Origin: a virus
Taxonomy: Duplodnaviria > Caudoviricetes
DNA: 64,000 nt
Direction: 5' to 3' (one strand)
IMG/VR virus record: IMGVR_UViG_3300039165_000048
Span: 1-64,000 of that record
The notes below the pieces were generated by a model. It searched no databases and was not told the origin of the DNA. It worked only from the letters and a program-made list of their open reading frames with translations. Shown piece by piece: positions 47,988 through 58,201 of this stretch. Made by a program: the position numbers and the translations under genes. How positions within the stretch are numbered: position 1 is the first letter of the stretch; each line of letters opens with the position of its first letter.

Positions 47988-48727
47988 TCATCCTACGAAT
48001 TTTTCTAGGGGTATAGGCATTTCCTTTATTCTTTTATTTGCTATATCTACATATTTTTGTTCTTTCTCAATGCCTATGAAATGTCTGTTTGTATTTATGC
48101 AAGCTATTGCGGTTGTACCGGAACCAATACAATTATCAAGAACTAACTCGTTTTCGTTAGTATATGTTTTAATTAAATATTCAAATAATTCTACTGGTTT
48201 TTGTGTTGGGTGAAATGGTTTATGAACAGAATTAAATTCTAATATAGATTTATTATAATTTTTACCTTTTGATACATATTCAGGATTAAAATGTGCTAGA
48301 TGTGTCATTTGTTTACCGCCTTTTCTACTATTATAAAAATTTCCGGTAACTAAATTTTGTTGATTAAATATAGGTGTTTTTTATAGAAAACTAGAACGTT
48401 TTCATGTATTTTCATTGGATTGTATTTAGCCAATTGAAAATTACTTGCTTTTGTTTTTTTCCATATCCATTCATATTTGAATAATGACAAATTACTCATT
48501 ACTAGCATTGACGTGAATGGCTGACTACTTGTCAAAACAATTGCACCTCTATCTTTAATTATTCTAGTATATTCTTTCCACATCAGTTCAATATTAATTA
48601 TATTATCCCACTTACAATCAGTTATACCATAAGGCAAATCACATAAAATCATATCAATTGTTTTATCAAGAATCAAGGGCATTAATTCTAAACAATTCCC
48701 TTGATATATTTTATCTATTTCTAACAT
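47988..48727 (-). pseudogene. Beta-class N6/N4 DNA methyltransferase split by a frameshift
   Basis: 5' part has DLPYG..HENVLVF; 3' part has HPTQKP..VLDNCIGSGTT. One extra A in the A6 run at 48377-48382 joins the frames (YKKTPIFNQQ...). Confidence 0.8.
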
Positions 48728-48731
48728 ATTA

Positions 48732-49007
48732 TCATTTCCTGTAATCGTATTTATATTTTTGTATAGCCATAATTGACCATAAAATCATGGTGGTTGCGCC
48801 AGTTATCGTTGACAACCAAAATCCATTACTTATATAGACCAATGTGATTATCGCCATGAATATTGCAGTGGATATAGAAGTCTTGTAAGTAATTTCACAA
48901 AGTTTGTTTTTATGATTGAATAGAACTTGTGGTATCAAAGAAATAGTAAATACCAACGAACATATCATGAGAAGTTGGTCGGAAAAAGGTTGTATGAAGT
49001 CTAGCAT
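48732..49007 (-). CDS. PQ-loop/SemiSWEET-like 3-TM protein
   Basis: SLIPQV motif; three TM helices; 91 aa. Confidence 0.65.
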   Translation of the reverse strand: MLDFIQPFSDQLLMICSLVFTISLIPQVLFNHKNKLCEITYKTSISTAIFMAIITLVYISNGFWLSTITGATTMILWSIMAIQKYKYDYRK

Positions 49008-49375
49008 TATTCATCAAGTCCTTTTACTAATTCAATCAATAAATTATCAGCAAATCTTCTTGAATTATAACTTACGGAATAATACATTTCCCATACTTTT
49101 GTCTTTTCTGATTTTTTCCATTCGCCAGCTAGACTACCTAAATCTAATAGTTTTTGTAAATTATCACGAATTATTAATCTATCTATATGAGTAATACTTC
49201 GCATATCAGCAAAACTTACCTTTTCAAATATATTAACAACAATTACTAATTGTACCATAGGTGATAATACATGCCACCTATCCAATTTGGATATTTGGTC
49301 ATATAACAAAAGATTTTCTTTGGGCGTTCTTACTATATTGGTCAATGTTTTGCCTCCCTCACCAGTACCATGCAT
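49007..49375 (-). CDS. Winged-helix DNA-binding protein
   Basis: VSFADM...LQKLLDLGSL....YYSV; ArsR/MarR-like pattern. Confidence 0.55.
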   Translation of the reverse strand: MHGTGEGGKTLTNIVRTPKENLLLYDQISKLDRWHVLSPMVQLVIVVNIFEKVSFADMRSITHIDRLIIRDNLQKLLDLGSLAGEWKKSEKTKVWEMYYSVSYNSRRFADNLLIELVKGLDE

Positions 49376-49622
49376 TCAACATACCCCGGATATTCATTAT
49401 TTCATAACCAAGGAAAAGTAAGGAATATGGAATATTTTTTAATTTCAAAAATCCAATTAACATATAACCATTTGAAAAAATCCACAAAAAGAATCCTAAA
49501 CCTCTTATTCCTGCATCTAAATCAGAAGCAAAAGTTGCACCCAAAATTGCTAATACTAATGTAATGTATTCTAATGGATGCGACTTCAAATCACCAAATA
49601 ATTTATTTATATCTACGTTCAT
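49359..49622 (-). CDS. Small 3-TM membrane protein (possibly PnuC-like half transporter)
   Basis: LAILGA...GFFLWIFSN...NIRG...W. Confidence 0.55.
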   Translation of the reverse strand: MNVDINKLFGDLKSHPLEYITLVLAILGATFASDLDAGIRGLGFFLWIFSNGYMLIGFLKLKNIPYSLLFLGYEIMNIRGMLNAWYW

Positions 49623-49774
49623 TCAGTCACCTCAAAGTCGAATAAATCACATTGTACACTTTCTTCTTCTTGGACCTTCCGAAAACAAATTGGACCATAA
49701 CCTACCACCTGGCTATCTGGCGATGATAAGCGACGGCCACATCTTTTGCATTTTAAAAATTTTTGTTCATTCAT

Positions 49775-50005
49775 TTATGTTCCTTCAGGAAAAGCAATTT
49801 CCAGGCTTGGTATATGTTCGATTTCGATAATGTCCTTCAAACTAATGAGGTGTACCGAATCCTTACCACGAACAATTATGTAGTTTTCGTCGCCGGTGAG
49901 GATAGTTCCAGATATTCCGATAAGGTTACCATCTTCGTTAATCTTTTGGCAACAAAAGACTTCTTTGCCTTTTGTCATGGTCATGAAAAAATCAAGTGGT
50001 TTCAT
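49775..50005 (-). CDS. Small beta-barrel (Sm/SH3-like) protein
   Basis: GKEV...ISGTILTGDENYIIV...HLISLKDIIEIE. Confidence 0.5.
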   Translation of the reverse strand: MKPLDFFMTMTKGKEVFCCQKINEDGNLIGISGTILTGDENYIIVRGKDSVHLISLKDIIEIEHIPSLEIAFPEGT

Positions 50006-50465
50006 GGGAATCTATTAATCTCCGAAGATCGTTTGGTGATGATATTCTACAGGGTACATTTAAGTGTTCGTTATAGCGCCTTGTGATTAATGCAATGTTA
50101 TTGTAATTCTGAAAACCCGGAAAATCCTCCACGAGAATATCACCGTTTTTGAGGAAACCTAATTTATGTTTGCTACTTTTCGTATAAACCACGTCATACG
50201 GAATTTTTACATGACGACGTAGCCAAATTTCTGTGAAAGGGATCCAATCATCGAGCTGATTAGTAAGGATAGTAATGTTATCACATTTTTCATGAATTAT
50301 TGGTAAGTATTCACTTTCTGGACAAGTTGCGCACAATTCTGGATGTTCATTGACGATTTCTATTATTGTTTTACCATTATATGTATCATGCCAATTTTTG
50401 GGTTCATAACCAAGGACATAACTACCTAGAATTCTGAGAACTCCATCTAAATCCCAATATAACAT
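49992..50465 (-). CDS. HAD-family 5'(3')-deoxyribonucleotidase-like protein
   Basis: DLDGVL motif I, ILT, K...DILVED, YN. Confidence 0.75.
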   Translation of the reverse strand: MLYWDLDGVLRILGSYVLGYEPKNWHDTYNGKTIIEIVNEHPELCATCPESEYLPIIHEKCDNITILTNQLDDWIPFTEIWLRRHVKIPYDVVYTKSSKHKLGFLKNGDILVEDFPGFQNYNNIALITRRYNEHLNVPCRISSPNDLRRLIDSHETT

Positions 50466-50502
50466 TATACGGCTCCTAATAAAAAAATAATGGTGATTAC
50501 TA

Positions 50503-50871
50503 TTAGTTATTGGTTATTAACGTGTAGACACCTACTAATGTTATCATGGTGGTAAAGATAGTAACAATTCCACCAAATATTATGCTTAAGTAGAAAGCAA
50601 TGCTCAACAACACCATTACTTCTTGAGGTACCATGAAAGTACTTGTCATGAATGGTATTATATAATTGGTTAGTACATGATATTGTACAAATACCCCAAC
50701 AAATGGAATTAATCCAATTATATCGGTTAACATATATACCATTGATATTATGAATATTGCCAATCCAGTATACATGTTTTGTGTAATGGCTGTTGCTGCA
50801 ATTCCGAGTAATATTGAAATTACCGGAACACTTATCATACTACCTATGGTAGTCTTTTCCTTGCCTGCCAT
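50503..50871 (-). CDS. Membrane protein
   Basis: 3-4 hydrophobic helices; IPFVG motif. Confidence 0.65.
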   Translation of the reverse strand: MAGKEKTTIGSMISVPVISILLGIAATAITQNMYTGLAIFIISMVYMLTDIIGLIPFVGVFVQYHVLTNYIIPFMTSTFMVPQEVMVLLSIAFYLSIIFGGIVTIFTTMITLVGVYTLITNN

Positions 50872-51143
50872 ATAAATTCACTTCACTTACGTGTTATATG
50901 TTTTTGTATAAATACTTTTTGGTTTGTCATACACCAAAAGCTTTATAAACAAATAACATATTGCTATTATTGATGTACAACACAATGAATACCCAAATAG
51001 ATTGTTTTGAAATCCATATCGTGGATGGAATACCAGATGCGCCACCAGCGCTTCAACCAAAGTATCCGTTTATTGAACCGCACATGAAAAATAGCATGCA
51101 CTAACAACAATAATTTTTTTCAAAAAAAATATTTTTTTATTGT

Positions 51144-51398
51144 TCATGCTATAATATTTTTATTATTATTATTGTTGCTTGGGTTGCACCACGGCATTAG
51201 ACGTTCTGCGACTTCCTGTAGCCTTTCTTCTGGCACTTCTGTCCGCGCAGAAAATATACTACCGCATTCCGTACATCTGGAATGACCAACCAACTTATTG
51301 TATTTCCAGATGGTCATTTTTTTGCATGCGATACACCACCTTTCTGTTTCTGGAGGAGGCGACTTCTTTCTGACCCTATGCGTTTTTCCTTTTCCCAT
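51144..51398 (-). CDS. Zn-ribbon protein
   Basis: CIAC...CTECG. Confidence 0.6.
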   Translation of the reverse strand: MGKGKTHRVRKKSPPPETERWCIACKKMTIWKYNKLVGHSRCTECGSIFSARTEVPEERLQEVAERLMPWCNPSNNNNNKNIIA

Positions 51399-51483
51399 TT
51401 TAAATCACTTCCTTACGATTACATATATACGTTTAATACGTATTCATGATATTTAAGCTTTTTGATTACACAAAAAAGAAACG

Positions 51484-52422
51484 TCAAAAATCCTTAATTT
51501 TTAGTCCTCCTAATTGTTCGGCTGTGAAAAATTCTGGTTCTAATGCAACAATCTTACCATTTTCTGTATTATACTTTATAATGAGTCCACATACGTCACC
51601 AAACGTTCCTCGATTTACCTGAAAAGGCGTGTCTGACACAAAACAGCCAACCCCTAAAATATACTTGTCCATGAAGTTTGTTAGACATTTTTTATGACAA
51701 TGGCCATATATGAAGATGTTGCTATTGTTTTTAGAACTTAGGAGTTCTGATGTTTTTTGTTGTAATTTTGGTTCGCGTTTCTGGCCCAAATTAGAATTTG
51801 TACAATTACTTCCGTGATACATTGTTAGTTTTATGTTGCCGGGTATTGTAAATGGTTTTGTAACGTTGTCATTGCCAATATGATAAGTTACGTCTTTACG
51901 AACTTTACAAAATTCCTTACAAAAGTCATAGCTAGGATTTTCATATAGGGTTAGACTTTTGTCGTGGTTACCCATTATAATACCATTTGTGTTAAAGTCC
52001 GCTGGGTAATTTTCTTCACAATATTCTATATAACTGTCAGCGCAATGCAAAAAACGTTCCTTGTAATGTTCTGGAAATGTCATTGTGCCATCTACTAAAT
52101 CTCCGGCGCACAACAAAACGTCAATGGATCGTTCTTTACAAATCTTTATGAAGTTGTTTAATATGGTTTTTTGTTGACACATGTTTCCGAAATGTAGGTC
52201 ACTAACGATTGCAATTTCGTTATAAGGTGTATCTGGAATTAATTTCCAGGCAAGAGTTTTGTTTGGTTTTTCTAAGCCAATATCTATCCAATATTTACTG
52301 AAGCGTTTTGCCGAAACTTTAATGGCTTTTGCGGAATCTGTGAACGTTTTGTGCTTTGAAAAAATCCTAAGCAAGTCAAATTTGTTGTAAGTGTTAAGGT
52401 CAACGACTTCCCTCTTTCGTAT
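51484..52422 (-). CDS. Calcineurin-like metallophosphoesterase, probable ATA start
   Basis: SDLHFG, AGDLVDG, GNHD, YHG, GHCH; GAGGTG RBS precedes the in-frame ATA52422. Confidence 0.8.
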   Translation of the reverse strand: MRKREVVDLNTYNKFDLLRIFSKHKTFTDSAKAIKVSAKRFSKYWIDIGLEKPNKTLAWKLIPDTPYNEIAIVSDLHFGNMCQQKTILNNFIKICKERSIDVLLCAGDLVDGTMTFPEHYKERFLHCADSYIEYCEENYPADFNTNGIIMGNHDKSLTLYENPSYDFCKEFCKVRKDVTYHIGNDNVTKPFTIPGNIKLTMYHGSNCTNSNLGQKREPKLQQKTSELLSSKNNSNIFIYGHCHKKCLTNFMDKYILGVGCFVSDTPFQVNRGTFGDVCGLIIKYNTENGKIVALEPEFFTAEQLGGLKIKDF

Positions 52423-52456
52423 GAAAACACCTCAAAACTGTAAAAATAAAAATAAA

Positions 52457-53530
52457 TTAATAATCATTTTCCACAGTACGATAATTCACATATTGTGTTT
52501 TTGTGGAAACTAATTTTCCTTCTGATTCTTCAAATTCAAGTATAATACCACCAATATCCGGATTCAGACCTTTTCTACCCATATATGAAGGCGTTGAACT
52601 TTGAAACGCTGGCATTTGAATGGTATATATACCAACATAGTCTGGTAATATACATGTTGCGTGGTAGTGACCTATAGCAAGTATGTTTGGCGTAGGAGTA
52701 TCTTTGTTTTCAATTTTACTTAATGCTAGTTTTTGTGGTTTATAACTTCTGGCATACGCTACACCGCCATCTCCGTGATGTATACAAATATTTATATTGC
52801 CGATGTTGAAGTTGGCTAAATAAAATCCTTTGTATTTCATGTCCGGTCGTTGAATAGATACATCATAACAAATGTCACTACCATAACGTTTGTAGAAACT
52901 TTCGTCATGGTTTCCTCCGATCATTTCTGTGGTTATGCCATCAATTTTCGGATAGTTTTCTATAATGTATTGGGCTTGTGCTCGTTCGCCATGTAGGAAA
53001 ATTTCGAATTGCTGACCGTTATACATGTTAACACCATCTGATAAATCCCCGGCGTGAAAGATGGTGGTTATGCCTTCGCGTTCGCATTTTTCATAGAATT
53101 TCCAAAGAGACTCCATTTGTTGGTACTTAGATCCCAAATGTGTATCCGAAACGATTCCAACTTTATAAATGTTGGTTTCCGTAGGTTCAATATCTAAGTC
53201 AAACGTATAATTGCGTTGTAACGGTTTCTTAGTAACAAACCACCCAGCATTTTGAATGGTTTGAATAGCAGTATCCAAATCTGGTGTTATGCTATTATTA
53301 GTAATTGGTTTTAGAATATTATTTAGTGTATTATTCATATCATTACATAGCATATCCGCGTCATGATTGTTTATTTCATTTTTCTTACTATAATAATATT
53401 TTCTAAATGTCTTTGGATCACAACATAATTCTTTGGCACATTTTCTAAAAGATCCCAATTGTATATACAAACTTTCCATTTCATCTATTGTCCATTCCGA
53501 AAGTTTTTTATTCATGTTATATAGCCTCAA
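52457..53530 (-). CDS. HTH plus calcineurin-like metallophosphoesterase
   Basis: N-terminal SFRKCAKELCCDPKTFRKY; SDTHLG, AGDLSDG, GNHD, HHG, GHYH. Confidence 0.85.
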   Translation of the reverse strand: MRLYNMNKKLSEWTIDEMESLYIQLGSFRKCAKELCCDPKTFRKYYYSKKNEINNHDADMLCNDMNNTLNNILKPITNNSITPDLDTAIQTIQNAGWFVTKKPLQRNYTFDLDIEPTETNIYKVGIVSDTHLGSKYQQMESLWKFYEKCEREGITTIFHAGDLSDGVNMYNGQQFEIFLHGERAQAQYIIENYPKIDGITTEMIGGNHDESFYKRYGSDICYDVSIQRPDMKYKGFYLANFNIGNINICIHHGDGGVAYARSYKPQKLALSKIENKDTPTPNILAIGHYHATCILPDYVGIYTIQMPAFQSSTPSYMGRKGLNPDIGGIILEFEESEGKLVSTKTQYVNYRTVENDY

Positions 53531-53532
53531 TT

Positions 53533-53805
53533 TTAATGATTGTGTTTGTCGATGATCAATGACACCATTATTGGTTTGAATGTAAATTCCACAAGATACT
53601 GGTTGTTTTCATTGACTTTGATAGAAATGTCCGCGGCATTCTTAACAGAACTCTTTATTTGTTCTGCGAGGTCATCAACGGAAGTTTTTTCTGACTTCCA
53701 GGAATCCAATATGTCGTTTAGTGTTTTAATATCGGTTCGATACGAAATTGCAATTCTATTGAACTGCCTTATCTGATCTCCAGTTTCTGACATAAGCTTC
53801 TCCAA
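53533..53805 (-). CDS. Hypothetical protein
   Basis: Adjacent ORF in the same operon. Confidence 0.55.
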   Translation of the reverse strand: MEKLMSETGDQIRQFNRIAISYRTDIKTLNDILDSWKSEKTSVDDLAEQIKSSVKNAADISIKVNENNQYLVEFTFKPIMVSLIIDKHNH

Positions 53806-54015
53806 AAAAATTTATAAAAAATGGGGTTTATATTAAATGTTATAATAAGTTTTTAGTATTTAAACTTTTTGGTTCATGTTTTTATGATTATAGTATGACC
53901 AGATTTATATTTTATTATTATTTTTTCTATTGTATCATCGGTGGTGTCCATGATTTCGGTTAACGAACTTTTGTCAGCCCGGCAAACTAAAAGACTGTCT
54001 GTTCGTTCTGACAAA

Positions 54016-54243
54016 TTAGACACCTTCTGGTTTTTCTGGCCATTCTAATATTGCCCAATGCGTTACATCATAGTCGTCAGCAAAATGAACGTCTAGCCAA
54101 TCATGCCAATAACCTTCTTGGTATGTTCCAATGCTAATTCTTTCTGTTACGTCGTCATATGGATTTTTAGTATAGATTACATAAATATAGACAAGTGTTC
54201 TAGATTCTGGTAATTCCTTATTAACATCGATCCAACTATTCAT
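54016..54243 (-). CDS. DUF551-like phage protein
   Basis: WIDVNKELPE...VTHWA...PEKP. Confidence 0.75.
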   Translation of the reverse strand: MNSWIDVNKELPESRTLVYIYVIYTKNPYDDVTERISIGTYQEGYWHDWLDVHFADDYDVTHWAILEWPEKPEGV

Positions 54244-54252
54244 ACAAGGTCC

Positions 54253-54705
54253 TCATTCAATTATATGCCAAATAACTTCTTTGCCAAGTTTTTTTGCTTG
54301 ATTTCCTGTCCAGCATCCACCCGACTTCACATGATCAGAAGTTTTGCAATGATAACACAAATTAAATTTTTGACCATTATAATTTTCCGGATAATTCTTT
54401 ACTAGAATAACATGTAATGTATCACAAGACTTTGCTATATCTAGGTTTCGTTGTTTATATCCATACTGTGAATCCCATTTTTGTTGTTTAGGAATTTTGA
54501 GGTCTAGTAAAATACCCAGACCCAGTGCAATTTCTTCGGCCCAAATATCAATACCACCCATCGGAGAATGACCAGAAACCATGCAGACGTTACCATGCGT
54601 TTTTTCTGCATTATCCAAAAGATTATAAATAAGTTCTTTTGCAAGGAATTCCGTCCTTGCATCAAACTTATCGCTACCGTGACCAACAAAACCTATGTTA
54701 AACAT
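54253..54705 (-). CDS. SLOG-fold (YspA/DprA-like) nucleotide-binding protein
   Basis: IGFVGH, VSG...GGIDIWAE, RN..IA, SGG..T..QAKKLGK. Confidence 0.7.
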   Translation of the reverse strand: MFNIGFVGHGSDKFDARTEFLAKELIYNLLDNAEKTHGNVCMVSGHSPMGGIDIWAEEIALGLGILLDLKIPKQQKWDSQYGYKQRNLDIAKSCDTLHVILVKNYPENYNGQKFNLCYHCKTSDHVKSGGCWTGNQAKKLGKEVIWHIIE

Positions 54706-54832
54706 GATCTTTCTCGAATCCTACGATTCCCAAACTTCCAATATTACCGTCGCCGTCGTTATAATCATCATCATCTATAGGTTCATTGAGTTCAGTACCC
54801 AAAAATAATTCGTTGTATAGCATAAAACCTCT

Positions 54833-57367
54833 TTATGTGAATGCGAACAATCCAGTTTTGGTCTGTTTTGGGGTTAATACGGTTTTTGGTTTCTGATCGT
54901 CTGTTTCGGAAAATTCAAACAAACTTGATTCTTTTTCTAGTTTTTTACCAGTCTGAATTGAAATGCCTATGCATTCAAATATGCGTTCTAGTGGTGGTAC
55001 AATTTGATGAGTAACATACCAGTTGTTGTCTATGCGGCCGTCTGTATTCCTTACAAATTCTGGTGTATCGACACATTGGCTGATGCCACCATACTTTGCA
55101 GAAGAAGCACCTGGCAACGCATAGTACTGGATACGATCTCCCAGACCAGGTAACGTTTCTTTACGGGACTCCATTTTCTTATAAACAGTCACATGGGGCT
55201 GAATATTCTTGTAACTATTAATATTACCAATTTTTCTACTTAGTATCAATTTTTCTGCAAGTTCCGGATCATCACGAATATCTTGCAAAGAAGATACCCG
55301 AGTAACAATATCATTCGTATATTGCCAGGCTTCTTGGACCTTATTTTCTTTCAATATGAGTTCCAACACCTTTTCCATTGTTTCGCCGACAAGTGGAACC
55401 CAGTCCCGTCTTCTAAGTTCAATACCGCGGTATTTCATTTTGTCTTTCCAACCATCTTTGGAAGGTTCCATTATCCACATGGCATAATGTTTCTTCTTAA
55501 GAAGCAACATACTTTTAACTGCACATTCAAAATCTATTTCCATGGGTGGTGGCAATTTTTCCATCATGGCATCATGAATTATTTTAGCCGCCTTTTGTCC
55601 ATCTTCTGGTGTTTTGCCATCCAACAAATGGATGAAAATAGAATCCGTATCGCCACCAACCACCTTACAATTAACAAGACTTTCTGCGGTTTCCTTGGTT
55701 AATGTTATAGCTTGACGGCCCGCACTTGTAACAGAATTAGCCAACCTAGGATCGTATAATCGACTCAGAACGGCGCAGGTGTATCCATAAAAAGAATTGA
55801 GGAGTATCTTCACAGCATACTGTTTATCATCCAGAAATTTTCTTTCTTCTTCTGTTTTGGCACTTTTCATGGCGGTTTTTAATTCTACTCTATTATTATA
55901 AAGCTTAGTCAATATGCGTGGCATTATACCTTCATAAACGGAATGATCAACATACCTGACATTGTTTGGTGCCAAAATAGTTTTAACATTAACATTTTCT
56001 TCGTTGACTATAGAAGTCCAGCAAATATTATAGGCCCTGATAACGCTAGGATACAGCGACTTGTAATCCATAACAAGACCTTCTTTGTAAAGACCTGGTT
56101 CTGGATCAAAAACTTTACCACCTTCCACAACGTCAATTTCTTTTTTGCTACCACGTTTATCCTTCAATGGAAATAACCGACCTTCTTCAAAAAATCCGCG
56201 CAGTAGCATCGACTCAATACGACGAGACTGTCCACCATTTATGGATTCGTGGAGAAGTAGACCACATTCTTTGCTAATGGCAATATAGCGATCAATTAAT
56301 TTAAGTTCACTAATGATGTCTTGAAGAAGGTCAGCATCTCTTGCAGCATATGACACAAAGTCATGTAACTCTTGTTCGGAGCCTTCCAACCAAATACGCC
56401 GCATTTCGCTAGCTTTGACATCCAGCTTTGGTCTATTAAGTAAAGTCTTGGACACATTTTCCAAACTATAACTAGAAAGCGAATAATTAAGTTTGATGGC
56501 GTCCATTAGGTCTATTGATGCCCTTCCAACCATATTGGCTTCTTTTTGACTGCCAAATTCCTTTACTTGTAATGTAGAACCATCGCGTCCTATTTTCAAC
56601 GGTATATTCAATGCTTCTGACCTATCAGCAATATAAGGAAAGTCGAACATATGACCGTTATACGTTGCAACGACATCAGGATCAAACTTATTAAAATAAT
56701 CAATGAATGCTAACAACAACGAAGATTCATTGGGATAATATTTAACGTCTTTGGTGTCCTTGCCCGGTTTTCCAACCAATACAAGGCTCCTGGTTCCTTC
56801 AAAATCCATATTGAAGCTCAGACTCATTATGGTTATTGGGTCACCGTTTTTTGCCACTGGCACACCAACTTCTGGTGGTTGTACTTCAATATCCAAACCA
56901 ATATATCTTAATGGCGCATTTTCTATAACGTTATTGAGAGGTTTTATGTCGTTTCCATCGACTTCGACCCAACCCATTCCAAAAATGTTATAGTTCGTGA
57001 AAAACCGAGCAGTTGCATATATTATATCGGCTTCAAATATTTCCTGAACAGCTGGATGACTAATTAATGCGTCTCGTATTCTTGGAACGTCACCTGGTCT
57101 ATTAACATAAACTTGTAGGACTTCAGTGCGCTCAACTTGATAACCGTTTGGCATGAACTTATATTCTTCGTAATATTCGGTTACTTCTTGGAACGTATCC
57201 AACAATGATTTCACTTCGTCAAAATTTTTCGGCAACACATAAAAATACGGTTTAAACCCAGTTATTGTATAATTAACAGAATCACCGTTTGATTGACGAC
57301 CATATAATTTGATGGCAGGACCGTTAACCAAATTTTGGTAAGATGTTCCGATTAACTGAAATTGCAT
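54833..57367 (-). CDS. polB: Family B DNA polymerase
   Basis: ExoI DIE, ExoII YNGHMFD, ExoIII YAARD, DYKSLYPS, KILLNSFYG, GDTDS, KKHY; no intein. Confidence 0.96.
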   Translation of the reverse strand: MQFQLIGTSYQNLVNGPAIKLYGRQSNGDSVNYTITGFKPYFYVLPKNFDEVKSLLDTFQEVTEYYEEYKFMPNGYQVERTEVLQVYVNRPGDVPRIRDALISHPAVQEIFEADIIYATARFFTNYNIFGMGWVEVDGNDIKPLNNVIENAPLRYIGLDIEVQPPEVGVPVAKNGDPITIMSLSFNMDFEGTRSLVLVGKPGKDTKDVKYYPNESSLLLAFIDYFNKFDPDVVATYNGHMFDFPYIADRSEALNIPLKIGRDGSTLQVKEFGSQKEANMVGRASIDLMDAIKLNYSLSSYSLENVSKTLLNRPKLDVKASEMRRIWLEGSEQELHDFVSYAARDADLLQDIISELKLIDRYIAISKECGLLLHESINGGQSRRIESMLLRGFFEEGRLFPLKDKRGSKKEIDVVEGGKVFDPEPGLYKEGLVMDYKSLYPSVIRAYNICWTSIVNEENVNVKTILAPNNVRYVDHSVYEGIMPRILTKLYNNRVELKTAMKSAKTEEERKFLDDKQYAVKILLNSFYGYTCAVLSRLYDPRLANSVTSAGRQAITLTKETAESLVNCKVVGGDTDSIFIHLLDGKTPEDGQKAAKIIHDAMMEKLPPPMEIDFECAVKSMLLLKKKHYAMWIMEPSKDGWKDKMKYRGIELRRRDWVPLVGETMEKVLELILKENKVQEAWQYTNDIVTRVSSLQDIRDDPELAEKLILSRKIGNINSYKNIQPHVTVYKKMESRKETLPGLGDRIQYYALPGASSAKYGGISQCVDTPEFVRNTDGRIDNNWYVTHQIVPPLERIFECIGISIQTGKKLEKESSLFEFSETDDQKPKTVLTPKQTKTGLFAFT

Positions 57368-57414
57368 TTAATAATAACTCCAAGTGTGATTATGTTTCAT
57401 TTAACAACACATCC

Positions 57415-57696
57415 TCAAAACCTTCTAGGATATCCATTATCACATACATCACAATCACATTTGGTTTCTGAACACGTTTTGAAATAATTACAACCATAAG
57501 GAAATGGACAATATGATAATGTCTGATTTAATCCAATAGTTTTGAAATATTCTATATGCTCAGTAAAATATTTGTAATCAATTAACATGCAATTTGTTAT
57601 TATTTTGTTATATGCGTCATTTTCCTTCTCTAGTTTTTCCACAAGTTCCGATAATTTTTCAGACATAAAACCATCACTAACACGTATATTAACCAA
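57415..57696 (-). CDS. Cys-rich hypothetical protein
   Basis: C-terminal Cys cluster. Confidence 0.5.
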   Translation of the reverse strand: MVNIRVSDGFMSEKLSELVEKLEKENDAYNKIITNCMLIDYKYFTEHIEYFKTIGLNQTLSYCPFPYGCNYFKTCSETKCDCDVCDNGYPRRF

Positions 57697-57770
57697 TTTA
57701 GTATTTATACTTTTTGGTCATAATAACCAAAAACTACTTATACTTCTATACTAACACTAACTTGATAACT

Positions 57771-57947
57771 ATGAAATACAAAGTAACGCTATTTTCGGTG
57801 GCAACAATATCTGCCACAGTATTCGTGGATGCAATAAGCGAAGAAGATGCAAAAGAAATTGCAACGACTTCATGTAACGTCGATGATTTTGAAATCGATG
57901 AGATGAATCCAACAGACATCGAAATTATAAACGTCGAGGAACTATGA
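57771..57947 (+). CDS. Small acidic phage protein
   Basis: MKYKVTL...VDAISEEDAKEIA; leaderless start after a promoter. Confidence 0.55.
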   Translation: MKYKVTLFSVATISATVFVDAISEEDAKEIATTSCNVDDFEIDEMNPTDIEIINVEEL

Positions 57948-58201
57948 GAGATCCACGTCGTATCAAACGAATGTGCGAAAAGTTATGCATTATCTGGGAA
58001 TCGATGCCAGACCAGAGATTTGGCCAGCTACTTGAAAACGAAATCAGATTCAATCAATTATTTCCATTTGACTATAGAGGATCACAATTAATACCATTTT
58101 TATGGGCACAAGAAGACAATGTAACCGAAGAAACGTTAGATCAAATTATAGCAAATTTGGGAGCAACTCCAATAAAGCACTGGTATAGCAAAACTAAATA
58201 G
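57944..58201 (+). CDS. Conserved phage protein (MRDPxRI...W...PDxRFGQL type)
   Basis: Motif recognised by eye; coupled to the upstream ORF. Confidence 0.65.
   Translation: MRDPRRIKRMCEKLCIIWESMPDQRFGQLLENEIRFNQLFPFDYRGSQLIPFLWAQEDNVTEETLDQIIANLGATPIKHWYSKTK

Noticed and set aside
48350-48352. Amber (pyrrolysine) readthrough joining the MTase halves
   Set aside because: The downstream half is in a different frame, so readthrough cannot fuse them.
54833-57367. Inteins or introns in PolB, RFC or terminase
   Set aside because: Protein lengths are normal and the conserved motifs are uninterrupted.
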